Source of the DNA: Candidatus Eiseniibacteriota bacterium
GTDB lineage: Bacteria; Eisenbacteria; RBG-16-71-46; CAIMUX01; VGJL01
Length of the DNA: 64,000 bases
Reading direction: 5' to 3'
NCBI GenBank assembly: GCA_963792585.1
Contig: CAWBWI010000003.1
Coordinates: forward strand, 62,942 to 126,941
Shown here: positions 30,661-39,711 of the stretch, piece by piece
Layout of the letters: every line of letters begins with the position of its first letter
How positions within the stretch are numbered: position 1 is the first letter of the stretch
Position numbers and translations under genes: made by a program
Notes under the pieces: model-generated
What the model was told of the DNA's origin: nothing
The model's database searches: none
Seen by the model: only the letters and a program-made list of their open reading frames with translations

Positions 30661-31196
30661 TCCTTCTCGACACGTCCGTCCTGGTCTACGCGGTCGGCAT
30701 CGAGCACCCCCTCCGCGATCCGTGCCGTCGAGTCCTCTCGGCGCAGCGCGACGGCGCGATCGACGCGGCCGTCACGGTGGAGATCCTCCAGGAGTTCACC
30801 CACGCTCGGGCTCGGCGCCACCCGCGGGCCGATGCGGTGGCGGTCGCCCGGGACTATGCCGCGTCGCTGCGTGTGCTCCAGGCGACGGCCGCCGACCTCG
30901 ATCGAGGCCTGGACATCTTCGTGGCGCATCCCGATCTCGGCATGTTCGACTCGGTCGTCGCGGCAGTCGCCCTCGACCACGGTGCCACGGCCCTGATCTC
31001 CGCCGACGGCGGTTTCGGCTCGGTCACCGGGCTGCGCTGGATCGAATCCGCAACACCCGATCTCCACACGATCCTCACTCCAGCAGGGGCCGAGTCGATT
31101 GGTCTCGCGTGGACATCCAACATCCTCGCCGCGACGACGAGTAGCCGGAGGGCAAACCCGTGGGCATGTTCGCCGCGGCCTGACCCCGCGGCCTAG
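30657..31196 (+). CDS. vapC: PIN-domain VapC toxin (true C-terminus may be shorter)
   Basis: ILLDTSVLVYA, EILQEF, MFDSVVAAVA, LISADGGF (acidic tetrad). Confidence 0.92.
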   Translation: MILLDTSVLVYAVGIEHPLRDPCRRVLSAQRDGAIDAAVTVEILQEFTHARARRHPRADAVAVARDYAASLRVLQATAADLDRGLDIFVAHPDLGMFDSVVAAVALDHGATALISADGGFGSVTGLRWIESATPDLHTILTPAGAESIGLAWTSNILAATTSSRRANPWACSPRPDPAA

Positions 31197-31412
31197 AGTA
31201 GTCCGTGGGGACGCCGCCCTCGGCGACCCGGCGGGCGACGAACGCGTCGAGCTCCTCGCGGATGCCTTCGTCCATCGGCGGCGGCTCGTAGGCGCCAGAG
31301 AGCTCCTTCCAGTCCGGTTCGCCTTCGGCCGGCACCTCCGGCGATCCGGCCTCCTGCCAGGTCTCATAGTTCCGCCAGTCGGACAGCATCGGCTTGTGGA
31401 AGGCCGTCGCGG
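31193..31412 (-). CDS. mttB: C-terminal fragment of an MttB-family (trimethylamine/glycine-betaine) methyltransferase; 5' part lost at the junction
   Basis: TAFHKPMLSDWRNYETWQEAGS...W...YEPPPMDEGIREELDAFVARRVAEGGVPTDY matches the MttB-superfamily C-terminus. Confidence 0.8.
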
Positions 31413-31413
31413 T

Positions 31414-31611
31414 TTAGAAGGAGATGTCGGCCGTCCCGGAAGCGACCTCCTTCCCGTCCGTAGGGTGCACGCCGAGGTCGGCCTCGGGGGCATCAAAAAT
31501 CAGCCATCCCTCTCCGACGTCGGTCCCCCGGAAACCGAGCTTGTCCCTGAAGAATGCGCGCAATTCTGCGGCGCTGGAAGAATAGAACATGGCATGAAGG
31601 CCGCGGATCAT
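31414..31611 (-). CDS. VOC/glyoxalase-family protein, 3'-truncated at the junction
   Basis: MIRGLHAMFYSSSAAELRAFFRDKLGF..TDVGEGWLIF...LGVHP...DISF stops after the first beta-alpha-beta-beta-beta module. Confidence 0.75.
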   Translation of the reverse strand: MIRGLHAMFYSSSAAELRAFFRDKLGFRGTDVGEGWLIFDAPEADLGVHPTDGKEVASGTADISF

Positions 31612-31710
31612 GACTCGCCTCCTGAGGTCTGGATTCGGTTACGCAGAACACTGGGCTCGATGCCGGGCCGAACGCGGCCACGCTCCGGCTCATTCCATTC
31701 GGCGCTGGGC

Positions 31711-31995
31711 TCAGTACCGCTTGGTCTCCACCGCCTCGACGATCCGGGCCTGCGGATTCATCATGATCTCTCCCTCGACGCGACCCCACACGACACGCAG
31801 CGCGGCGAGCAGGGCCTCCGCCTCTTCCGCAGTGTCGAACTCGAGATCGATCATGACGTAGTTCTCGTCGTTCGGCGGTCGCAAGACCCGGTAGCAGCGT
31901 ACGCCCGACTTCTGTCGGCCCACGGGATCACTGTCGAAAGCTCTCTTCCAACCGTCGAAATCGCGTACGGGGTGCTCGATCCTCAGCATGTACAT
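31711..31995 (-). CDS. Small ferredoxin-like-fold (ABM-like) hypothetical protein
   Basis: GGAGGG RBS; MLRIEHPVRDFDGWKRAFDSDP...R...DENYVMIDLEF. Confidence 0.75.
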   Translation of the reverse strand: MYMLRIEHPVRDFDGWKRAFDSDPVGRQKSGVRCYRVLRPPNDENYVMIDLEFDTAEEAEALLAALRVVWGRVEGEIMMNPQARIVEAVETKRY

Positions 31996-32156
31996 GGCGT
32001 TCCCTCCACTTCGAAATGGGCTGCTTGCGGCCATCGTATGCTGCGGTCGGCGTTCGCGACCCTATCTTGTTCAACCTAAGTCCGAGGACTCCATGCGCGA
32101 CGACTTGCTGCCCCGTCCGACCCGCCGCGCCGCTCAGCCCTCTTATCCAGGTCCAG

Positions 32157-33659
32157 CTAAGCCCGAGGGACCTTCTGGTCGTATTCCCCCGTCACCCCAA
32201 CTTCGCGAAGCCGCGCGGTGATCGCATCCACAATCGCCACCATCTGCTTCTGCGACGTGGGCGACTCGGCCACGATCACGAGGGACGGCTTGTTGGATGA
32301 CGCGCGGATCAGCCCCCAACTCGCGTCCTCGAAGACGAAGCGGACGCCGTTGACCGTCACCAGATCGCGGATCTTCGCCCCGCCGATCGTGACCCCCGCG
32401 ATCCGGTCCTTCTCATAGAGCGCCGTCAGCGTATCCACAACCGCGTACTTCTTGTCGTCAGGGCACTCGATCCCAAGCGTCGGCGACTGATAGGTCGTCG
32501 GGAGATCGTCGATCATCTTGGACAACGGCTTGTCCGCCGCGTCGAGCAATCGCAGGACCTGGGCCGCCGCGAGGGTCGCATCGTCGTATCCGCGGCCGTA
32601 CGGCTCCTTGAAAAACCAGTGGCCGCTCTTCTCGAAGCCGGCGATCGCGTTGACTTCGTTCACCTTCGACTTGATATAGGAGTGGCCGGTCTTCCACATG
32701 ATGACCTTGGCGCCGGCCGCCTCGAGGACCGGATCGATACCGAATAGACCCGTGCTCTTGACGTCGATCACGAAGGCCCGATTCGGGTGCGTGGCGGAGA
32801 TCCACCGCGCCACGAGCAATCCCAGCTTGTCGGCGAAGACCGGCCGGCCCTGATCGTCGACCACACCCACACGATCGCCATCGCCGTCGATCCCGATCCC
32901 AAGCTGCGCGCCCGATTCCTTCGTCACCCGGCTGATATCGTCCAGGAAGCTCATGTCCTCGGGATTCGGGTTGTGGCGCGGGAAGGTCCAGTCGGGGGAG
33001 CAGTCCAGCTCGTGGACCTCGCAACCGAGGTCGCGAAGGACCGTGGGGGTGAAGCGACCGGCGGTCCCATTCCCCGCCGCCAGGACGACCTTGATCGGCC
33101 GTGTCAACTTGCCCGCGCGGAGGACGTCCTTTCGGTATGCGTCGAAGACCTCGTTCGTCGCCTCATGCGATCCCTTGCCGGATGCGAACTTGCCCCCCAT
33201 GACGATCTGCTTGAACTGGAGAATTCCGTCCGGGCCGAGGGTCGAGGATAGACCGTTCGCCACCTTGAGACCGGTCCAGCCGTTTTCGTTGTGGCTTGCC
33301 GTCACCATGGCGGCGCCCTTGACGCCGAAATGATGCTGCGCGAAGTAGGTTAGCGGCGTCACCGCGAGGCCGATATCGATCACGTGCACGCCGGTCGACA
33401 TCAACCCAACGGTCAGGGAGGTGCAGAGATCCTGGCTGTAGGAGCGGAAGTCATGCCCGACGACGACCCTGTCCTCCTTCAGGATCTCCCGCACGAAGGT
33501 GCCGTACGCTTTGCCGAGGACGATGAACCCGTTCGGGTTGATCTCCTTGCCGAGGACCCAGCGAACATCGTATTCGCGGAATCCATTGTCCGTGATCAGC
33601 GTCTCCTCGAAGTAGTCGAACGAGTTGTACGGCACCTTCTTCGCGACATCCCAACGCAT
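32157..33659 (-). CDS. Phosphomannomutase/phosphoglucomutase
   Basis: GFREYDVRW, TASHNE (phospho-Ser), DGDGDR, GFEKSGH, GLIRASSNKP; GGAGG before ATG 33659. Confidence 0.96.
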   Translation of the reverse strand: MRWDVAKKVPYNSFDYFEETLITDNGFREYDVRWVLGKEINPNGFIVLGKAYGTFVREILKEDRVVVGHDFRSYSQDLCTSLTVGLMSTGVHVIDIGLAVTPLTYFAQHHFGVKGAAMVTASHNENGWTGLKVANGLSSTLGPDGILQFKQIVMGGKFASGKGSHEATNEVFDAYRKDVLRAGKLTRPIKVVLAAGNGTAGRFTPTVLRDLGCEVHELDCSPDWTFPRHNPNPEDMSFLDDISRVTKESGAQLGIGIDGDGDRVGVVDDQGRPVFADKLGLLVARWISATHPNRAFVIDVKSTGLFGIDPVLEAAGAKVIMWKTGHSYIKSKVNEVNAIAGFEKSGHWFFKEPYGRGYDDATLAAAQVLRLLDAADKPLSKMIDDLPTTYQSPTLGIECPDDKKYAVVDTLTALYEKDRIAGVTIGGAKIRDLVTVNGVRFVFEDASWGLIRASSNKPSLVIVAESPTSQKQMVAIVDAITARLREVGVTGEYDQKVPRA

Positions 33660-33901
33660 CAGTGTCCTCCCTCTTGGGGGCACGGCGGCCCGACCGTTGA
33701 TGATGCCCGATGGCAGGAGATCCATCAAGGCGAGGATTGGCACTGCAATCGGCACACACGCGACGCCTCCGCCACAGTCTCCGCCTGCGGGTCCCCGGCC
33801 ACGTTATCTGGAACTCGCCATTCGGATACCACGCGAGCCCCTCCAATCCTCTGACCGCCCGGATGGTGTACGATTTCGGATGAGAAGAGGAGGTCGATCC
33901 G

Positions 33902-35242
33902 ATGGCGATCAACTGGCAGGATGTGGTCTACCGCGGCGATGCCGCCGACGTGAAGGAGCTGTTCGACGAGTACCGGGTCGGCGACTACCTCGAGGCATTC
34001 GAGGAACAGCAGCGCCAGCAGGACAGGGGACTCCGCGAGAAGCTCCTGAAGGATGGGATCCGCCTCACCGACCGTCTCTCTCCACGGATCTACCGTCTCT
34101 TCGGCGAGATCTGCAAGTCCCTCGAAATCGAGGCCCAGCCGGAGATCTTCTGCCTCTCCGATCCCGACATCAACGCCTTCGCGATGCTGGATGTTCAGGA
34201 GAAGGGGACCTACTCGCTCGTCGGCGTCACGTCCGGCGCCCTCGAGAAGCTGAACGACCCCGAGCTGAAGTCGATCCTCGGACACGAACTGGGGCACTTC
34301 CTCTCCGGCAACAACCGGCTGAACGCGCTTCTGTCGCAGGACCAGAACAACCCATCGATCACCGTCCTCCCGCCGCTCGGCGAGAGCCTCTTCCTGCGCT
34401 GGCGCAAGAAGGCGGAGGTCAGCGGCGATCGCGTCGGCCTGCTGGCCAGTCGGGACTTCCTCGCCTCCGCGACGTCTCTGATGAAGGCGACCTTCGGGCT
34501 CTCCGAGAAGAACCTGAACCTGGATATCGATGCGCTGCTCTCCCAGGTCGACGAGATCAAGGGGCACCCCGAGATGATGGAGGAGACCTTCGCCTCTCAC
34601 CCGGTCCTGCCGGTGCGTCTAAGGGCTCTCGAACTCTTCTCCCGTTCGGAGAAGGCGAAGCGGCACGGCTACCCGGCGACCGGCGCGCTGATCAAGGATG
34701 ACGATCTCGAAACGGCCGTTGACGAGCTGATCAATCTCACCCGCCGCTATCCGTTCAAGCGGGAACATGAGGCGGTCATGCGAATCGTCGCCATGGGCGG
34801 CGCGCTCCTCCTGGCGTCGGACAAGGACATCAGCGACGACGAGGTGAAGATCCTGATTCACATCTTGCAGCGATACTTCACGGATGAACCCGAGCGTGAG
34901 ATCGTCACCAACAAGGACGAGATCATGACGCGGCTACCCGAGGAAATCGAGCTCGTCAAGAAATCGGACAACATGGAGTTGAAGACCTTCATTCTCTCGC
35001 GGCTGGCCGATGTCGCTCTCGCCGACGGCGCACTCATGGACCCCGAGGGGGCGGTCATTCTCCAGGTCGCTCAATGGCTCGAGGTCCCCCAGAAGACGGC
35101 CTATGCGATCATGGTAGGGGCGGCGCAGTCGAGCGGCTTTCACACGGACTCGAAGCTCAACCACATCGCCGACATGTTGCGGAAGTCGTTTCAGACCGGA
35201 TTTGCGGGGCCCTTGGCTACAGTCCAAGCGCCGGGTAAGTGA
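33902..35242 (+). CDS. Soluble M48-family metallopeptidase fused to a C-terminal TerB-like domain
   Basis: INAFA, GHELGH, AEVSGDR, SHPVLPVRL; C-terminal LASDKDISDDEVK...VALADGALMDPEGAVILQVAQWL. Confidence 0.85.
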   Translation: MAINWQDVVYRGDAADVKELFDEYRVGDYLEAFEEQQRQQDRGLREKLLKDGIRLTDRLSPRIYRLFGEICKSLEIEAQPEIFCLSDPDINAFAMLDVQEKGTYSLVGVTSGALEKLNDPELKSILGHELGHFLSGNNRLNALLSQDQNNPSITVLPPLGESLFLRWRKKAEVSGDRVGLLASRDFLASATSLMKATFGLSEKNLNLDIDALLSQVDEIKGHPEMMEETFASHPVLPVRLRALELFSRSEKAKRHGYPATGALIKDDDLETAVDELINLTRRYPFKREHEAVMRIVAMGGALLLASDKDISDDEVKILIHILQRYFTDEPEREIVTNKDEIMTRLPEEIELVKKSDNMELKTFILSRLADVALADGALMDPEGAVILQVAQWLEVPQKTAYAIMVGAAQSSGFHTDSKLNHIADMLRKSFQTGFAGPLATVQAPGK

Positions 35243-35861
35243 CCCGCGCGCCTTCGAACCGGGCGAAGGGTGTCACCTCGTGTGGTTGGCGTGTCGCGGC
35301 GCTGATGATGTGCTCCACAGGTACGCCGCGCGCCGTGAGGGCATCCGCAATCAACGAGCGATGGCAGCGCCACGGGAGCGCCTCGGCGCACATGAGCGTG
35401 CAAAGAGATGGGCGCGCGACGCCCGGTTCGTTCGCGGCGCCTGTGTCATTTACGGCGGGCGTCTCGTGGACGGCGCCAGGCGCCCGGCTGGCAGCCGAAT
35501 CCGACAAGCGCCCCTGGTCCGCCCCCTCCACCCATCGATCCGCCATCTCGATCAACCGCCGCAGACCCGCATCGAATTCCAGCGTCTCCATGTAGTCCGC
35601 ATAGCCCCGGAAGGACTCGTTCCGCCAGGCCAGGTTCGTCGAGTCCGCTCGTGCCTTTCGCAGGCCGCCCAGCTCCGGCATGTGTGTGTAGGCGATCCTG
35701 ACGGCCGCCAGCTCTCCGGGCAGGCTCTCCCGATTGAATTGGGGATTCCGCGCGGAGCGGGGCACCGTCCGCACGTCGATGACCTGCGCGACCCCATGCG
35801 CGAGCAACATCGCGAGGAATCCTTCGAGCGGGTGGGTGGAATGCCCGACGGTGAGGATCAT
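35217..35861 (-). CDS. DUF488-family protein
   Basis: ILTVGHSTH, IDVRTVPRS..NPQF, LGGLR, FRGYADYM, LMCAEALPWRCHRSLIADAL. Confidence 0.93.
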   Translation of the reverse strand: MILTVGHSTHPLEGFLAMLLAHGVAQVIDVRTVPRSARNPQFNRESLPGELAAVRIAYTHMPELGGLRKARADSTNLAWRNESFRGYADYMETLEFDAGLRRLIEMADRWVEGADQGRLSDSAASRAPGAVHETPAVNDTGAANEPGVARPSLCTLMCAEALPWRCHRSLIADALTARGVPVEHIISAATRQPHEVTPFARFEGARVTYPALGL

Positions 35862-35901
35862 GCGCGACTTCCTTCAATCAAGCCCGGATCCTTCGGCTCG
35901 A

Positions 35902-36585
35902 TCACTTCAAGAACCCAAGCCACTCTCCCAAGAGGAAGTCAACCCGCCCGATCAGGAGGGACATGCGGCTCATCACCGTGTAGCCGAAGGACGCTCCGAA
36001 GGTCACCATGATGAAGTAGATTCCCAGGCGCGCCGTCTTCCCCACGACCTTCGTATGCTCGACCGAGAAGAAGAAATACACCAGACCTGTGAATGTCCCC
36101 ACGAAAACGAACAACGCGCTCCAGTCGATGTGGAACGGGACCGGGAACCAGAGCAGCTTCCCCGTCCCCGCGGTGACCAGGGGTACGATCGTCTCCTGGA
36201 TCTGGCTAAGCGCGTTTGACTGCAGATAGGTGATGAAGTAGAGCCCCGCCGTCGAGCCGACGATGAAGGCCAGCGGCCAGCGGGAAATCCATCCCCCCTT
36301 GGGCAACAGCCGCATCAGCATCATGATCCCGAGCACGCCGGCGCCGAGGTAGATCCACTTTTCGCTCCAGATGCCGTGTGTCGAGAGTTCGACGGTCGCG
36401 TCGCGCAGGTTCAGGACCAACTTGGGCCAAATGTTCTGCCAGAAGAGGCTCACGAACCAGTACCCGGCCGAAACACCGACGAAGATCGCCTCGCAGAGCT
36501 TGTAGATCGGGTTGTCCTTGTACAGGAAGGTCAGAATCCCGAGGGTCAGGAACGCGCCGATCCAGACGCCGATCATAGGGCTCAT
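35902..36585 (-). CDS. Uncharacterised polytopic membrane protein (gene D of a four-gene operon)
   Basis: About 6 TM; LTFLYKDNPIYKLCEAIFVGVSAGY...MVTFGASFGYTVMSRMSLLIGR. Confidence 0.85.
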   Translation of the reverse strand: MSPMIGVWIGAFLTLGILTFLYKDNPIYKLCEAIFVGVSAGYWFVSLFWQNIWPKLVLNLRDATVELSTHGIWSEKWIYLGAGVLGIMMLMRLLPKGGWISRWPLAFIVGSTAGLYFITYLQSNALSQIQETIVPLVTAGTGKLLWFPVPFHIDWSALFVFVGTFTGLVYFFFSVEHTKVVGKTARLGIYFIMVTFGASFGYTVMSRMSLLIGRVDFLLGEWLGFLK

Positions 36586-36686
36586 CGCGTTGCCCCCTGC
36601 CCGTCGGCCGCTCGTCTCATCCCGTTGCCCCCCGTCCGTCGGACTCCCGTATCATCGCATCGCCCCTGCACCTGTGACCGCCGGGC

Positions 36687-37544
36687 TCATGCTTTCCCCT
36701 CCGGGGCTCGGCGCGCCCGCCGCCGGCTGAGGAAGAAGGCGACGTTGCCGACCAGGATGAACAGGATCACCACGATGTGACCGGCCGACTGCGAGAGCAT
36801 GTACGTCTTCCCCTTTCCGGGGAATCCCGAGACCTGCTCGTAGGCCGCGGCGCCGAGCATGCCCCCCAGGATGCCGGTAATCTGTCGTGGGTAATAGGGA
36901 TACGCCAGTGGCGCGTTGACCGCCGTGACGCCGATTCCGATCGTCGCGTGGAATCGATCCCCCGCAAACTGGGTCCACTCGACCTGCCCCGGATATCCCG
37001 CGGAGATGTTCATGACATAGGCGAATGAAGAGAAGTCGTGGACTCCCTGCATGATCGGGAAGCGCTCGATCGGATCGCCGTGCATATCCCGCGGGAAGAC
37101 CGCCGGGATATCTGAGCCCATCCGCTGGATAACCACCTCGTTGCCCGCCGAATAACCGAGGTTCACATAGTTCACGCCGTACTGGACCCCGACCTGCGCC
37201 ACCTTTGGATCGCGCTGCGCCTCCAAGAGCGCCTGATTTGCCTGGATCGGCCCCTGCGGCCAGAGCCCCACGACGACCACTCGCAGACCCCGCGAAATCG
37301 CCTGCTTCAGGAAGGTGACCGTCATCGGCTGGATCTCGGCCGCCGACCCCGGGTCATAGTCACAGGCAAGCAGCACCCGGGATCCCGGTGGAAGGTTCTC
37401 GATGGCATCGTAGATGCCACGCACCTCCGGGGTCTCGGGGATCTTCTGGTTCAGGTGCAGGAAAAGCGGCATCGTCACGCCCACCGCGATGAAGAGGTAG
37501 ATCCAGCGCCGATCGAGCTTCAGCAGCCGGTCGAGGAGGCTCAT
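36687..37544 (-). CDS. Uncharacterised membrane-anchored alpha/beta protein (gene C)
   Basis: MSLLDRLLKLDRRWIYLFI TM; VLLACDYDPGSAAEIQPM...YVNLGYSAG...GILGGMLGAAAYE; C-terminal TM. ATGA-coupled. Confidence 0.85.
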   Translation of the reverse strand: MSLLDRLLKLDRRWIYLFIAVGVTMPLFLHLNQKIPETPEVRGIYDAIENLPPGSRVLLACDYDPGSAAEIQPMTVTFLKQAISRGLRVVVVGLWPQGPIQANQALLEAQRDPKVAQVGVQYGVNYVNLGYSAGNEVVIQRMGSDIPAVFPRDMHGDPIERFPIMQGVHDFSSFAYVMNISAGYPGQVEWTQFAGDRFHATIGIGVTAVNAPLAYPYYPRQITGILGGMLGAAAYEQVSGFPGKGKTYMLSQSAGHIVVILFILVGNVAFFLSRRRARRAPEGKA

Positions 37545-38197
37545 GATTCGCCTCCCAGGTGACCCTTCTCGATTCCCAGGATCAGCCGAAGGCTCGTCGA
37601 GACGACCCCCAACGCGATCCCGATCATGATGGCCCGCTGCCCCGCCTTGTTCGGGACATTCATGATCCAGTCGGCCAGGTTGGACAGCCGGTGTCCCTCG
37701 GGCAGGAAGTGCGTCAGCTGATCGCCGATCGGCACCCGCCCGAGCATCACCAGGAAGCCCGCCAGCAGCAGTAGCGTCGCCTCGCGATTGCGCGCGCGGA
37801 AGGCGCGGTAGGAGGCGCTCGCAACATAGAAGGCGAGCATTGCGAACATCGTTGCCGAGAGCGGATTGTATATGTTGTTGTAGGTCCAGTCGAACGGTGT
37901 CCCCGGATCCTGGAACCGCATGCCCCCGCTGAAGAAGAACCCAACCACGCTCGTCGCGAGGAACACCGCGATGATGACGGCCGCGTAGAACCAACCCTCC
38001 TGCTTGCGGTATACCTTGTCGCCCGAGACCTTCATCAGGTTGAGAGCGCCGAGCCAGATCGCGAACGCCATGACGATCTGGACCCAGTCGGCGAGCAGGT
38101 CCTGCATCCCCGAGAACGGGCGGTGCGGAACGAAGAACTGCACGACGTAGACGACCCCGACGAAACCGGTGATGAACAGAGGAACGCGCCGCTTCAC
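37541..38197 (-). CDS. Uncharacterised polytopic membrane protein (gene B)
   Basis: About 5-6 TM; LAFYVASASYRAFRARN.EA.LLL...VMLGRVPIG...WIMNVPNKAGQRAIMIG. Confidence 0.85.
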   Translation of the reverse strand: MKRRVPLFITGFVGVVYVVQFFVPHRPFSGMQDLLADWVQIVMAFAIWLGALNLMKVSGDKVYRKQEGWFYAAVIIAVFLATSVVGFFFSGGMRFQDPGTPFDWTYNNIYNPLSATMFAMLAFYVASASYRAFRARNREATLLLLAGFLVMLGRVPIGDQLTHFLPEGHRLSNLADWIMNVPNKAGQRAIMIGIALGVVSTSLRLILGIEKGHLGGES

Positions 38198-38201
38198 GGC
38201 G

Positions 38202-39449
38202 TCACTCCACCGCGAACAGGGACGCGAAGTCCATCACGCCCATGGTCTGGAGAACAATGCCGATCAATAACAGCAGCAGGATCAGCGCCTTTCCCATGTC
38301 CTGGCCCTTGAGACTCCCGAGCTGCCGCGGCTCGCGCGAGAGGTAGGCGCCCGCGACGAACAGCTCCTCGCCAATCAACGTGTAGTCGCAGGCGGCGACG
38401 AAGAAGGGAAGCTGGCTCGGTTCGGCGGTGCCGGCGATCTGGATCGCGCCGACCGAATTCCCCGTCTCCGCCAGGACCAGCGACTCCGCATAGAAGAGAC
38501 CGAGCATGAAGATCGTCGCCGGCTTCTCGCGCACCATGAGACCATCCATCGCCGCCGCATATCCGAATTGATCGTCGGTGACGTAATGGACCATGTCATC
38601 GCTGTATCCGTCGGGACGCCCCTCGGCGATGTAGGCTTCCTTCACCGTCTCCCGACATGCCACCATCACCAGCGACCGCGAGACCGGCACGTCCAGGGCC
38701 GTGTCGTATTGCGCCGTCATGCGCGCGACGCGGCCGAGGATCGAGATTCCCGCGAGCGTCTGCACCTGATCCATGTCCTGCGTGCCGGGAATGTACAAGA
38801 TCTTGCGACCCATCTCGGTCGCGCGTCCGACGGCCTCGTCGACCGCATCGAGGCCAGCGATCTTGCGGATGAAGAGCGGTTTGCCCCGGCGCGCGTATTC
38901 AATGAAGTAAATGATCAAGCCCGAGAGGATCAGGACCGCGACGAGAGTGTTGATGCGGCCGGTGTGGAACCACTGGGCGCTCGCGATGACCGGACCCGCC
39001 ACCGTCGAGGGCGCGCTCTCTTCACCCCGGCGGGCAAGGACCCGGTAGTAGTAGCGGACGCCGTCCCGAACGCCCTGAGCGTCGATGGCCTCCTTGTTGC
39101 GCCGGGGGCTGTGGTCGATGGTGGTGAACGGACCGTCGGCTGAGGTCGCCCGCTGAAAGTCATAGCCGGCGAAGGTCAGGTCGGCGGGATCGTCGCTGGG
39201 TGAGAGTTCCCAGGTGATGGTGAGACTGCCGCCCCGGTCGTTGGGCGTGTCGTGGACGGCGACGCTCGCGGGGGGCGAGAGGACCGCGGTAGGGAGTGCC
39301 GGTGATTCCTGGGATTGGACCGGGAGCGCGGCCGCGAACGCCGGAATGGTGAGGCCCCAGACCCAGAAAAACGTCGCGGCGTTCCGGCTGGCCGGACCCG
39401 CCTGGTGTATGTCACCGCGGGCGCCCATGCGCATGCCCCTCCCCTTCAA
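38202..39449 (-). CDS. Signal peptide + fibronectin type III + TM + DUF6754-like domain + TM (gene A)
   Basis: DTPNDRGGSLTITW...YYYRVLA (FN3); IRKIAGLDAVDEAVGRATEMG...QLPFFVAACDYTLIGEELFVAGAYLS. Confidence 0.85.
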   Translation of the reverse strand: MKGRGMRMGARGDIHQAGPASRNAATFFWVWGLTIPAFAAALPVQSQESPALPTAVLSPPASVAVHDTPNDRGGSLTITWELSPSDDPADLTFAGYDFQRATSADGPFTTIDHSPRRNKEAIDAQGVRDGVRYYYRVLARRGEESAPSTVAGPVIASAQWFHTGRINTLVAVLILSGLIIYFIEYARRGKPLFIRKIAGLDAVDEAVGRATEMGRKILYIPGTQDMDQVQTLAGISILGRVARMTAQYDTALDVPVSRSLVMVACRETVKEAYIAEGRPDGYSDDMVHYVTDDQFGYAAAMDGLMVREKPATIFMLGLFYAESLVLAETGNSVGAIQIAGTAEPSQLPFFVAACDYTLIGEELFVAGAYLSREPRQLGSLKGQDMGKALILLLLLIGIVLQTMGVMDFASLFAVE

Positions 39450-39711
39450 CGACTCGGGTAGTCGGCCAGCCCCACGTCAGGATGCGCGCTGGCTGGTGGG
39501 AGGTCAAGCGAGGAGCGCCACTTGGAGGCGTCTCCCTAGATGGACAATCCTTCACCCGACGTGAGATTGCGCGGGTCTATGAATGGAGTCTCGTCGGGAT
39601 CCGGGTCGAGCGACGCCGGCCCGCTCACCTTGATCCACCTCTGTGCGGCCCGTGGTGATGGTGCGTGCGGCAGACCGTCGATAGGTTCGCCGGATCGCGC
39701 CTCCCGCCACG

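Noticed and set aside
256-31400. Hundreds of long overlapping ORFs rich in R/P/G/A in the ORF track
   Set aside because: These are shadow and antisense frames expected in very GC-rich DNA, with no motifs. The real genes occupy other frames.
31193-31412. Pyrrolysine (in-frame TAG) in the MttB homologue
   Set aside because: The region that would carry the Pyl codon is lost at the junction, so it cannot be assessed.
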